From Longimicrobiales bacterium (GTDB taxonomy: Bacteria; Gemmatimonadota; Gemmatimonadetes; Longimicrobiales; Gaopeijiaceae), in NCBI GenBank assembly GCA_965202985.1, contig CBDBCF010000001.1, positions 1,344,001-1,408,000 of the forward strand: 64,000 nt of DNA, read 5' to 3'. Positions 17,588 through 26,155 of this stretch are shown in pieces. The notes under the pieces were generated by a model. The model was not told the DNA's origin. It searched no databases and saw only the letters and a list, made by a program, of their open reading frames with translations. Numbering within the stretch: position 1 is the first letter of the stretch; each line of letters starts with the position of its first letter. The position numbers were made by a program, and so were the translations under genes.

Positions 17588-19062
17588 CACCGCGAGATCA
17601 CGACCTTGGCATCGGTGTAGAACGCCACCGAGTCCTTTCCCTGGGCCTTCAGGTCCCCGTAGAAGGAGTTCCGCGCGCCGCCGAAGGGAAAGAACGCCAT
17701 CGGCGCCGCCACGCCCACGTTGATCCCGAGCATGGAGATGCCCGCCCGGTAGCGGAACTCGCGCGCCGTCCGGCCCGAGCGCGTGAAGACGCTGGCGGCG
17801 TTGCCGTAGGGGCTCGAGGCAAGGATCTCCAAGGCCGCGTCCAGCGTCGGCGCCCGCGACAGCCCGGCCACGGGGCCGAAGACCTCGTCCTGCCCCAAGG
17901 GCGACTCGGGCGGCACGTTCTCGACCACGGTGGGGCCGATCCAGTGGCCCTCGGGGTAGCCGGGCACGCGCGCGTTTCGACCGTCCATCAGCACGCGCGC
18001 GCCGTCGCGCTCCCCCTGCTCGACGTACTCTGCGACGCGATCCCGGTGCGCGCCCGAGATGACCGGTCCCATGTCGGTTCCCTCGTCCAGCCCGCAACCG
18101 ACCGTCAGGGACGCCGCCCCGTCCAGGATGCGTTCGCGAACGGGCTCGTAGGAGTCGCCCACGCCCACCACCACCGAGCCCGCCAGGCATCGCTGGCCCG
18201 CGCATCCGAACACCGAGTCCACCACGGCCGCGGCCACCGCGTCCGGGTCGGCGTCGGGCAGCACGATCATGTGGTTCTTGGCGCCGCCCAGCGCCTGCAC
18301 GCGCTTCCCCGCCGCCCCGGCCCGGCGGTACACCTCCTTGGCCACGGTACTGGAGCCCACGAACGACACCCCCGCCACGTCCGGGTGCGCCGCCAGCGCC
18401 GCAGCCGCCTGGCCCCGCCCGTGCACGACGTTGAGCACGCCGGCCGGCAGCCCGGCCTGGACGGCCAACTCCACCACGCGGTGGTGCGTGAGCGGGTCCT
18501 GCTCGCTGGGCTTGACGACCACAGTGTTCCCCGCGGCCACCGCGTACGGCCAGAACCACAGGGGCACCATCATGGGGAAGTTGTAGGGCGTGATCACGGC
18601 GAAGACTCCCACCGGCTGGCGCACCGTCTCGCAGTCGATGCCCCGGGCCACGTCTTCCAGCGTGTCGCCCATCATGAGCGTGGGCATCCCCGCGGCGTGC
18701 TCCACGTTCTCGATGCCGCGCTGCACTTCTCCGCGGGCCTCGGCCAAGTTCTTGCCCTGCTCGCGCGACAGGCGACCGGCCAGGTCTTCGTGGTGTTCGT
18801 CCAGCAGGGACTTGAGGCGGAAGAAGACGCGGGCGCGTTCGGCCACCGGCGTGCGTCGCCATTCGGGGAAGGCGGCCTTGGCCGCGGCGACGGCCCGGTT
18901 CACGTCCGCGGCGTCGGACACGGGCACGGCGCCTAGGGTCTCTCCCGTGGCGGGGTCCTTCACGGCCAGGCGATCCCGCGCCTCCGCAGCCCACTCGCCG
19001 TTCACGAAGTTGGGAGCCAATGGGACCGTCGCCGAACGGGCGGCCGAGTTTGCCGAAGTCAT
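17584..19062 (-). CDS. mmsA: CoA-acylating (methyl)malonate-semialdehyde dehydrogenase
   Basis: ITPYNFPMMVPLW, KPSEQDP, SFVGSS, QALGGAKNH, FGCAGQRCLA, GINVGVAAPMAFFPFGG, FYTDAKVVISRW. Confidence 0.92.
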   Translation of the reverse strand: MTSANSAARSATVPLAPNFVNGEWAAEARDRLAVKDPATGETLGAVPVSDAADVNRAVAAAKAAFPEWRRTPVAERARVFFRLKSLLDEHHEDLAGRLSREQGKNLAEARGEVQRGIENVEHAAGMPTLMMGDTLEDVARGIDCETVRQPVGVFAVITPYNFPMMVPLWFWPYAVAAGNTVVVKPSEQDPLTHHRVVELAVQAGLPAGVLNVVHGRGQAAAALAAHPDVAGVSFVGSSTVAKEVYRRAGAAGKRVQALGGAKNHMIVLPDADPDAVAAAVVDSVFGCAGQRCLAGSVVVGVGDSYEPVRERILDGAASLTVGCGLDEGTDMGPVISGAHRDRVAEYVEQGERDGARVLMDGRNARVPGYPEGHWIGPTVVENVPPESPLGQDEVFGPVAGLSRAPTLDAALEILASSPYGNAASVFTRSGRTAREFRYRAGISMLGINVGVAAPMAFFPFGGARNSFYGDLKAQGKDSVAFYTDAKVVISRW

Positions 19063-19202
19063 GGAGCGCGCTCCTTTTGTCATGGGGCGAAAGTGCCTTG
19101 CCCTAGGAAGCTGGACAAGTCCGGCGCGCGGGATCAAGCACTCGGCGGTTCCGGGCCGGGCGCGTCCGCGGTCCGCCCGTGCTCGGACTGGCCTTGTGCC
19201 GG

Positions 19203-19226
19203 ATCATGTGGTATCATGGTATCATC
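19203..19226 (+). promoter_or_regulatory. Direct-repeat operator/extended -10 (TGGTATCA x2) before the TA operon
   Basis: ATCATGTGGTATCATGGTATCATC immediately precedes ATG 19227. Contains TG-N-TATCAT and no RBS, so possibly leaderless. Confidence 0.5.
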
Positions 19227-19826
19227 ATGGCCAAGACACCTGCATCGGGACGCTTCCTGCTTCGCGTGCCCCCCGCGCTCCATCGAGCGTTGCGCCGGGG
19301 GGCCAGAGCCAAGGGCACGTCGTTGAACCGCTACTGCCGGGACGCGCTCGAAGCAGCCGTGGACGGGGGACCGAACCGCGAGACGGCTTGGCAGCGAGCA
19401 GCCGGGGCGATCGTGCGAGAGGTCGGCGGGGGATTGGAAGCCGTAGTGCTCTTCGGGTCGCGGGCTCGGGGCCACGACGGGCCGGACTCGGACGTGGACC
19501 TGTTGTTGGCCGTGGCGCCGGACGCACCCTTGGGAAGGGAGCGCTACGTGGCCTGGGACGAAGGCTTGGCCGGCGCTCCGGAGATCCGCGCTCTGGGCGC
19601 CCGCGTAAGCCCGCACTTCGCCCGCCTGCCCGCCGAACCGCCGGGCCGGGCCGGCGGGGGCGGCGCTCTGTGGCTGGAAACCGCGCTGCACGGCATCGTG
19701 CTCTGGCAGCGAACCGACGCCCCGTCCCGCTGGATCGGCGACGCGCGAGAGATGATGGCCGCGGGGGCGCTCGTCCGACGCTTCGCCCACGGACAACCTT
19801 ACTGGGTCGCGGGCGGCGCAGAATGA
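19227..19826 (+). CDS. HicB-type RHH domain fused to a minimal nucleotidyltransferase (MNT antitoxin)
   Basis: SGRFLLRVPPALHRALRRGARAKGTSLNRYC (HicB C-terminal RHH) followed by VVLFGSRARG..GPDSDVDLL (MNT). Confidence 0.85.
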   Translation: MAKTPASGRFLLRVPPALHRALRRGARAKGTSLNRYCRDALEAAVDGGPNRETAWQRAAGAIVREVGGGLEAVVLFGSRARGHDGPDSDVDLLLAVAPDAPLGRERYVAWDEGLAGAPEIRALGARVSPHFARLPAEPPGRAGGGGALWLETALHGIVLWQRTDAPSRWIGDAREMMAAGALVRRFAHGQPYWVAGGAE

Positions 19827-20230
19827 GAAACCCCGACTTGGCGGCCGACTACCTGCGTCGCGGCGCTAGCCGACTCAAGGCGATCCGCGTGCTCATGGAC
19901 GAAGAGAGCTGGGCCGACGTTGTCCGCGAATCGCAGGAGGTGGTGGAGATCTGCCTCAAGGCGCTGCTGCGTCGCGCCGGCGTGTCGCCGCCTCGCATTC
20001 ACGACGTGAGCGGCGTGCTGACCGACAACCGGGCGCGCTTGCCGGCCGCGGCCAAGCGACATTTGGACGAACTCGTACAGGTGTCGCGTGCGCTTCGTCG
20101 CGACCGCGAGCTGGCGTTCTACGGCAGCGAAGACCTGACGCCGGGCCAGTTCTACCGCCGCGAGGACGCCGTGGACGCGTTCTCGGGCGCCCGACTGGTC
20201 CACCGCGTCGTGCTGGAGGCGTGTTCCTAG
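19823..20230 (+). CDS. HEPN-domain protein (toxin partner)
   Basis: ATGA overlap with MNT; WADVVRESQEVVEICLKALL, PPRIHDV, RELAFYG. Confidence 0.85.
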   Translation: MRNPDLAADYLRRGASRLKAIRVLMDEESWADVVRESQEVVEICLKALLRRAGVSPPRIHDVSGVLTDNRARLPAAAKRHLDELVQVSRALRRDRELAFYGSEDLTPGQFYRREDAVDAFSGARLVHRVVLEACS

Positions 20231-20235
20231 GCCGG

Positions 20236-21861
20236 GTGCGCGGGCGAGCGGCGGCACGGGCGGCGGTGGTTGCGGCGACGACATGCGCGACGGTCTCGGG
20301 CATGGCCGCCGGCACCGGCGCCGCCTTGATCGCCCAAGAGACGGCCCTCGTGTCCAACATGGACCCCGCGTACGACGACTTGGCGCTCCTGGCCGCCCTG
20401 GGGTTGGTGCGCACCGCGTCGGCGGGCGAAGGCCCCCACTCGCGGGCGGCGTTCGCGCGGTGGACCGCCGAGGCCCGCAATCGTGCCGAAGCGCCCGGCG
20501 CCCCGCCGCCCTCCGCGCGCGTCCAAGAGATCCTGGAGCGCTTTCGGCGGCGCTTCGGGGAGGAGCGTTCTGCCGTGGCGCTCGGAAGCGCCCGGCTGGA
20601 AGTCTGGGCCGCTCGCTCGCCTTCGAGGCCGCTCGGACCAGCAGCCGCTTATGGAATCGACGGCGTCTTGAATCCGCTACTCCAGTCCAACCAAGGCCGA
20701 CAGGTGGCCGACGGCTGGACGGCAGCGGCCGAGTTCTCGGGCGACCTGTCGGCGGGCCCCTTCGCTGTCGGCTTTCGACCGCGCACATGGGCGGAGCAAC
20801 CCCGTGCGGTCGAGCCCGCCAAGGCCCGGGCTACGTTCGTCGAAACGTACGTCCGCCTCGTGGGGGGTGCATTCGCCCTGGAGGCAGGCAGGCTGTCCGT
20901 TTCGCTTGGGCGCGGGCGGCACGGCGGCCCGCTGCTCTCTCACAATGCGCGGGGCCTGGACTTGGTGCGCCTGGCTTCCGACCGACCGTTTCGGTTGCCC
21001 GGCTTCTTGCGCGGAACGGGCGAATGGAGGGCTTCGGCGATGGTCGCCAACATGGGCGCCAGCCGCGATGTGCCCGACAGCTGGCTGGCCGGGTTTCGCG
21101 TCAGCAACCGGGTATGGAGCAAGATGCAGCTGGCCCTCTTCTACCTGAACCTGCAGGGCGGCGACGGCTCGCCGGACGGCAGCTTCTGGGAGCGCGCCGC
21201 CGATCTCTTGCTGCCGTTCCGGGGCGGCGGCGTCCAGGTATCCGACAAGGCGGGCGGCGGCGACCTGCAGATCGCGATCCCGTCCGCTCGCGCGCTCCTC
21301 TACCTCAACTTCGTCGCCACCGACCTTCGCCGGAACTACAGCCAGTTTCTTCGGGCGTACTGGCAAGACGCGATCTGGTCCGGCGGCGTTCGCACCTTGG
21401 GACTGGGGGCCCATGGCCGCTTCGACGCCTGGCTGGAAGCAAAGAGCGCGGGTCCGCTGGCTCACACGCACAGCCAGTTCACGTCAGGCCTGACGTTGGA
21501 CGGCCGGGTCATCGGGGACCCGCTGGGTCCCAACGCCCGAAGCGTCGCGGCCGGCGTTTCGTGGACGGCCCCGCTCTGGCGCTTGTCGGCAACGGCAGCG
21601 CGAGAACGCTACTCGGGCGACGAGTGGCGGCTCGTCGGCGCCTTCGAGGGCGACCCCCGCCCCTGGGAATGGACCAAGATCAGGGCGCGTCCCGCCGAAA
21701 CCCGCACGCGGCTGACCGTGGATTGGACCAACCGTCCCGCCCCCGGCAACGTCTTTCTGTCCGTGCGCCTTGCCTACGAGCAGGCCGACAACTTCGACTT
21801 CGCCGGCGGGCGCCGTCGCAACCTCCTGGTCCGGATCAGCGCGGGCTGGGCAGGAAGCTAG
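20236..21861 (+). CDS. Outer-membrane beta-barrel, capsule assembly Wzi-like
   Basis: Signal peptide; GR.....G.GRHGGPLLSHNARGLD, IGDPLGPNA; alternating amphipathic strands. Confidence 0.65.
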   Translation: MRGRAAARAAVVAATTCATVSGMAAGTGAALIAQETALVSNMDPAYDDLALLAALGLVRTASAGEGPHSRAAFARWTAEARNRAEAPGAPPPSARVQEILERFRRRFGEERSAVALGSARLEVWAARSPSRPLGPAAAYGIDGVLNPLLQSNQGRQVADGWTAAAEFSGDLSAGPFAVGFRPRTWAEQPRAVEPAKARATFVETYVRLVGGAFALEAGRLSVSLGRGRHGGPLLSHNARGLDLVRLASDRPFRLPGFLRGTGEWRASAMVANMGASRDVPDSWLAGFRVSNRVWSKMQLALFYLNLQGGDGSPDGSFWERAADLLLPFRGGGVQVSDKAGGGDLQIAIPSARALLYLNFVATDLRRNYSQFLRAYWQDAIWSGGVRTLGLGAHGRFDAWLEAKSAGPLAHTHSQFTSGLTLDGRVIGDPLGPNARSVAAGVSWTAPLWRLSATAARERYSGDEWRLVGAFEGDPRPWEWTKIRARPAETRTRLTVDWTNRPAPGNVFLSVRLAYEQADNFDFAGGRRRNLLVRISAGWAGS

Positions 21862-21888
21862 GTGGAGGCGGGCCGGAAGGCGTCGAAT

Positions 21889-22338
21889 CTACTCCGCCTC
21901 GAAGCCGCACTCCCGGTGGGCCCCGTCGCAGAAGGGCTTGGACGACGATGCGCCGCACCTGCACAAGGCGCCCTTCCGTCCATGCGTCGTCGCGCCGTCT
22001 TCGCCCACGACAACCAGCGGCCCCCTCACCAGCAACGGCCCGTTGGGGGTGCAAACGACAGCGACGGGTTCGTCGGCCGCGCTCGCGCGTTCGTCGGCCG
22101 TACCCCGATCTCCTTCGGCAGGCGCCAACCGGCCGCCCTGAACGCCGCCTTCGTCGGCGAAGCCCGCCTGGTGGTGGGAGTCGTCGCAGAAGGGCTTGTC
22201 CTGCGACGCGCCGCACCGGCACAAGTACGCTTCTTCGGTCTCGTGGACCGCTCCGTCGGGCAACTCGATTCGGATCCGTCCCGTCAGGTGGAGAGGACCG
22301 TCCTGCAGGATCTTGCACGTGTTCACGTTCATGGTCAC
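21889..22338 (-). CDS. Tandem CDGSH iron-sulfur domain protein
   Basis: LCRCGASQDKPFCDDSH and LCRCGASSSKPFCDGAH, each preceded by a [DN]GPL motif. GTGA overlap with ETF-QO. Confidence 0.9.
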   Translation of the reverse strand: MTMNVNTCKILQDGPLHLTGRIRIELPDGAVHETEEAYLCRCGASQDKPFCDDSHHQAGFADEGGVQGGRLAPAEGDRGTADERASAADEPVAVVCTPNGPLLVRGPLVVVGEDGATTHGRKGALCRCGASSSKPFCDGAHRECGFEAE

Positions 22339-23993
22339 ATCCTTCGATAGCGCGGGCCGCTGCCGCCTTCGCGCGGCGTCCACCGCGGGCCCAGCACGTC
22401 CGTGGCTCTGCAATCGATGCAGTTGGGGGCATTGACCACAAGGCGGCCGTCGCCGTCGCGCTCGTAGACGCCGGCCGGACAAAGGTGGCCGTACATCTCG
22501 GCCACGTCCGCCGGCACGCCTTCCGCCGCTTGCAAGTGCGACGGGATGTCGTCGCGGGTTCGGTTCCCGCTCTTGAACACGGCGTCGGCCTTGGAGACGG
22601 CCAGCGGACCCGAGGCGTCCACCGCGGACCCCAAGCGCTTGCTTTCGGAGGCGTCGGACCCGGTGGCGATCCGTTCGGCGGGCCAGCGTCCCCGCGTCAG
22701 CGTCGCCAGACCCGCCTTGAGCCCGCCTGCGTAGAAGCCGCTCTTGAAGGCGAGTCGCATGTTGCGGTTGCGCTTCAGGTCGGTCGCGATGAACGACGCG
22801 TCGACAGCCTCCGTGGCCGGGGCCAGCGCGTTCGCCGAGAAGTCTTTCCTGCACAACGCCCCGTAGATGGCGCGCGCCGCCAGAACGCCCGAGTGCATGG
22901 CGTAATGGATGCCCTTCAGGCTGGCGACGTCGACGTATCCGGCGGAGTCGCCCACAATGCAGATGCCGGCGCCGTGCCGCCGCTCCGGAAGCGAGTAGAA
23001 GCCGCCTTCGGGGATCGTTTTTGCACCCCACTCCACCAGCTCGCCGCCCTCGAGGATGTCGCGGAACAGCGGATGGTGCTTGAGCCGCTGCAACAAGCTG
23101 TGCACGTCCAGCCGCGCATTGCGGTAGTCCAAGCTCGCGACCAGCCCCAGCGCCACCAAGCGGTCGTCCAACGGATACGCGAACGCGCCTCCGAAGCCGT
23201 CTTCGCGCAGGGGCCAGCCCATCGTGTGCACGACCCTGTCCAAGGGCCGCCTCACTTCCCAGAGCTCCTTGACGCCCAAGGAGTAGATCTGCGGGTTGGG
23301 CGACTGGACGCCTTGCCACTCCAGGTAGGCCTGCGTCAAGTGTCCTCGCGTGCCTTCGGACAGGACCACGACCCGGGCCGTCACGTCCACGGGCGACATG
23401 TAGCCCGCGCCTCCCGGCTGGCCTTCGCGGTCCAGCCCGGACGGCGTAGTGCGAACGCCCGTCACGGCGTCGCCGTCGACCAGGAGGCTCTCCGCCGGAA
23501 ACCCCGGCAAGATGCTCACGCCCGCTGCTTCCGCCTGCTCGCCCAGCCACCGCACGATCTCGCACACCGACGCCACGAAGTTGCCGTGGTTGCGCATCGT
23601 CGGCGGCGCGGGCAGGCGGATCGCGCCGCCCCGAGTCAAGAAGTACACGGCCTCTTTCTGCACGGGCCGGCGAAAGGGAAAGTCGGCGTCTTTCACGCTG
23701 GGAAAGATCTCCCGGAAGACGCGGGGGTCGACGACCGCCCCCGAAAGGTTGTGCTCGCCCAGGCTTTCGGCCTTCTCCAGCACGCCGATCTCCACGTCGC
23801 CGGGGCCGTCTCCCGCCTTGTTGCCCTCGCGCACCAAGCGGGCAAGCTCCACGGCGCCCGCCAACCCCGCCGGCCCCGCCCCCACGAACACCACGTCCAT
23901 CGGCACGGTCTCTGCGCCGGCGCCCGACGCGGCTCCATCGACGATGAAGCGTTCGATGCGCAGGGGCGGCCGGTGGAGGGCGGGATGTATCAA
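22335..23993 (-). CDS. Electron transfer flavoprotein-ubiquinone oxidoreductase (start inferred at TTG 23993)
   Basis: DVVFVGAGPAG, GEHNLSGAV, YSLGVKELW, GAKTIPEGG, KGIHYAMHSG, CPAGVYE...NCIDC...WTPREGGSGPRY. Confidence 0.9.
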   Translation of the reverse strand: MIHPALHRPPLRIERFIVDGAASGAGAETVPMDVVFVGAGPAGLAGAVELARLVREGNKAGDGPGDVEIGVLEKAESLGEHNLSGAVVDPRVFREIFPSVKDADFPFRRPVQKEAVYFLTRGGAIRLPAPPTMRNHGNFVASVCEIVRWLGEQAEAAGVSILPGFPAESLLVDGDAVTGVRTTPSGLDREGQPGGAGYMSPVDVTARVVVLSEGTRGHLTQAYLEWQGVQSPNPQIYSLGVKELWEVRRPLDRVVHTMGWPLREDGFGGAFAYPLDDRLVALGLVASLDYRNARLDVHSLLQRLKHHPLFRDILEGGELVEWGAKTIPEGGFYSLPERRHGAGICIVGDSAGYVDVASLKGIHYAMHSGVLAARAIYGALCRKDFSANALAPATEAVDASFIATDLKRNRNMRLAFKSGFYAGGLKAGLATLTRGRWPAERIATGSDASESKRLGSAVDASGPLAVSKADAVFKSGNRTRDDIPSHLQAAEGVPADVAEMYGHLCPAGVYERDGDGRLVVNAPNCIDCRATDVLGPRWTPREGGSGPRYRRM

Positions 23994-24057
23994 GGCGGTT
24001 CCCCGGAGACGGCCAAGGCCGACAGCGAACGCGGGCACGTCGAGAGCGGAACCAAAG

Positions 24058-25302
24058 CTAACGTTGCCGGGACGCCGAACGGTCCCCGAGCCAGTGCGCA
24101 AGCTGCACGGCGACCTTCTGCTGGGCCACGGGAACGGCCAAGCCGGCCAAGTCGTCCAACGAAGCCGCCACCGTTGCACGCGGCGCGTCGGCAGGGTCGT
24201 TGCTGCCGCCGACCCCGACTCCGCCAACGCCGTCGGTTGCTCTGTCCAGTGCTTCGCGATCGCACGTCACCACCACGGGGTGATAGACGGCGCGCAGGTG
24301 CGTGAACGCATGACGGACCGGTCGAAGGCGCCCCGCAACCTTGCCGCGGACGGCCAGCCCCGGTCCCGCCAGCCTGGCCAGCGCCGCTTCCGCGGCCGAA
24401 GCGGCCAAGCTTCCGTTTCTGCCGCCGCCGGCATCGCCGGATCCTGCCGGTCCCGGGTCGCCCAGCTCCGTCGCCGGGAACTCCCACATCCCCGCCAGCA
24501 AACCGACTTCGGGGCGCCGGACCAGCAGCGTCCGCCCCTGCTTGTCCACGGCAACCGCCACCGCGAACTCGGCCCGGCGAACCCGAGGGGCGCGTGGGGG
24601 CGCCGGCCGTTCCTCGGCGGTGCCCGCCGCTCGGGCACGACAGTGCGCCGCCAACGGACAGGCGCCGCATCGGGGCGACTTGGGCGTGCACACCGTGGCG
24701 CCCAGCTCCATGAGGGCCTCGTTGAAGTCGCCGGGACGCTCCGGGTCCAGGAGGCGCGCGGCTTCGGCGTGGATCCGCCGGGCCGAAGGCCGGGGCGCAT
24801 CCAGCAACCGCGACAAGACGCGACGGACGTTGCCGTCCACCGCGGGCACGGGCGCGCCGAAGGCAATGCTGGCCACCGCTCCCGCCGTGTACTCGCCGAC
24901 GCCGGGAAGCGTTCGCAACACGGCGGGGTCGCGCGGGAGGCGGCCCCCGTGGCGATCCAGGACCACGGAAGCGGTCCGGTGCAGGTTCGTTGCCCGTGCG
25001 TAGTAGCCCAGCCCCTTCCACGCCAGGAGAACGTCGTCGCGGGAGGAGGCGGCCAGCGCCTTCCACCCGGGGAAGCGCCGAAGCCATCGCTCGTAGTAGG
25101 GCGCCGCCGTTTCGGCTCGGGTCTGCTGCAGCATGACCTCCGAAACCAGCACGCGGTAGGGCGTGCGGGCCGACCGCCACGGCAGCTCGCGTCGGGTCTG
25201 GTCGAAGTGGCGGAGCAGCCCCCGGCGAATCGGCGACGCGGGCGCGCAGATCCGCTTCCTGGTCCCCGGGATCGTCGTTCTCCTCTCGTTTGGAGGCGTC
25301 AC
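24058..25302 (-). CDS. mutY: A/G-specific adenine glycosylase
   Basis: RELPWR..PYRVLVSEVMLQQT, WKGLGYYARA, LPGVGEYTAGA, VDGNVRRVLSR, CTPKSPRCGACPLAAHC, GLLAGMWEFP. Confidence 0.95.
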   Translation of the reverse strand: MTPPNERRTTIPGTRKRICAPASPIRRGLLRHFDQTRRELPWRSARTPYRVLVSEVMLQQTRAETAAPYYERWLRRFPGWKALAASSRDDVLLAWKGLGYYARATNLHRTASVVLDRHGGRLPRDPAVLRTLPGVGEYTAGAVASIAFGAPVPAVDGNVRRVLSRLLDAPRPSARRIHAEAARLLDPERPGDFNEALMELGATVCTPKSPRCGACPLAAHCRARAAGTAEERPAPPRAPRVRRAEFAVAVAVDKQGRTLLVRRPEVGLLAGMWEFPATELGDPGPAGSGDAGGGRNGSLAASAAEAALARLAGPGLAVRGKVAGRLRPVRHAFTHLRAVYHPVVVTCDREALDRATDGVGGVGVGGSNDPADAPRATVAASLDDLAGLAVPVAQQKVAVQLAHWLGDRSASRQR

Positions 25303-25308
25303 GTTGGC

Positions 25309-25992
25309 CTAGGGCGCGCGTTCCCAGCGAACCACGTCGATCTGGTCGGCGCCTCCGCACGGGCTGGACTCGGTCACCGTCCCTTCCACCGTCACTTGGT
25401 CGCCGGGCTTCAAGTCGCGCAGGCCCGCCAAGGCGCCCGCCAAGGCGTACATGTACTGGTCGGCGTCGCGCAGGGTTAGGCACGGCAAGCCCTCGTCGGT
25501 GATCCGCCCCGTGCGCCGAACCAAGCCCATCTCGTTGGTGACGTGGAAGGGATCCGAGATGCCGATCGGGCTGAAGACGCCGTTGAAGACGATGAACACG
25601 ATGGGGCGCTCCCACGTCGCGTAGCGCGGGATGCGCACGGTGGCCGACACCTCGCCCCATATCTCCTGCGTGGCCTCGGCCAGCGCCTCGAAGCCGGCCC
25701 GCATGGCGCCCACCCCGACGTGAATCTTGGCTTGGGGCGGCAGGTTCTCGGTGTAGATCTCCACCTCCGTGCCCGGTGGGCCGCTTCGGGGCACGACCGA
25801 CTGGATGTGGCGCAACGAGTCGACGGTGGCGTAGCGGCGCTGGCCTTGGGCGTCCTGGGCGGCAGCTGCGATGCAAGCCGCCACGACGGCCGCGAGCACA
25901 TTTGCGCTTCGAGGCGTCCACGGGCGGCGCGTGCGGGAAGGCGCAGCAGGTACGACGACGGCACGGGCCGAGTTCGTGCTGGGCTGGATCAT
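25309..25992 (-). CDS. Secreted hypothetical protein (Ig/IPT-like plus OB-like C-terminus)
   Basis: Signal-like segment; VVPRSGPPGTEV; C-terminal LKPGDQVTVEGTV..SPC. Co-oriented with mutY with a 6-bp gap. Confidence 0.5.
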   Translation of the reverse strand: MIQPSTNSARAVVVPAAPSRTRRPWTPRSANVLAAVVAACIAAAAQDAQGQRRYATVDSLRHIQSVVPRSGPPGTEVEIYTENLPPQAKIHVGVGAMRAGFEALAEATQEIWGEVSATVRIPRYATWERPIVFIVFNGVFSPIGISDPFHVTNEMGLVRRTGRITDEGLPCLTLRDADQYMYALAGALAGLRDLKPGDQVTVEGTVTESSPCGGADQIDVVRWERAP

Positions 25993-26155
25993 CGGGGGGA
26001 CCTCGTCGGCTGGGGTTGGGAGGCCCATAGTGGGCTGGACGGCGCGGACGGGCCAGTGGTCGGACGAATCGGGACGCCGAGCGCTTGGTTGCGGGTTCAC
26101 GGTCGAAGTGCGAAAATGGACGCCGCCTGTGCGCCGCAAAGAAGAGGAACGACAA

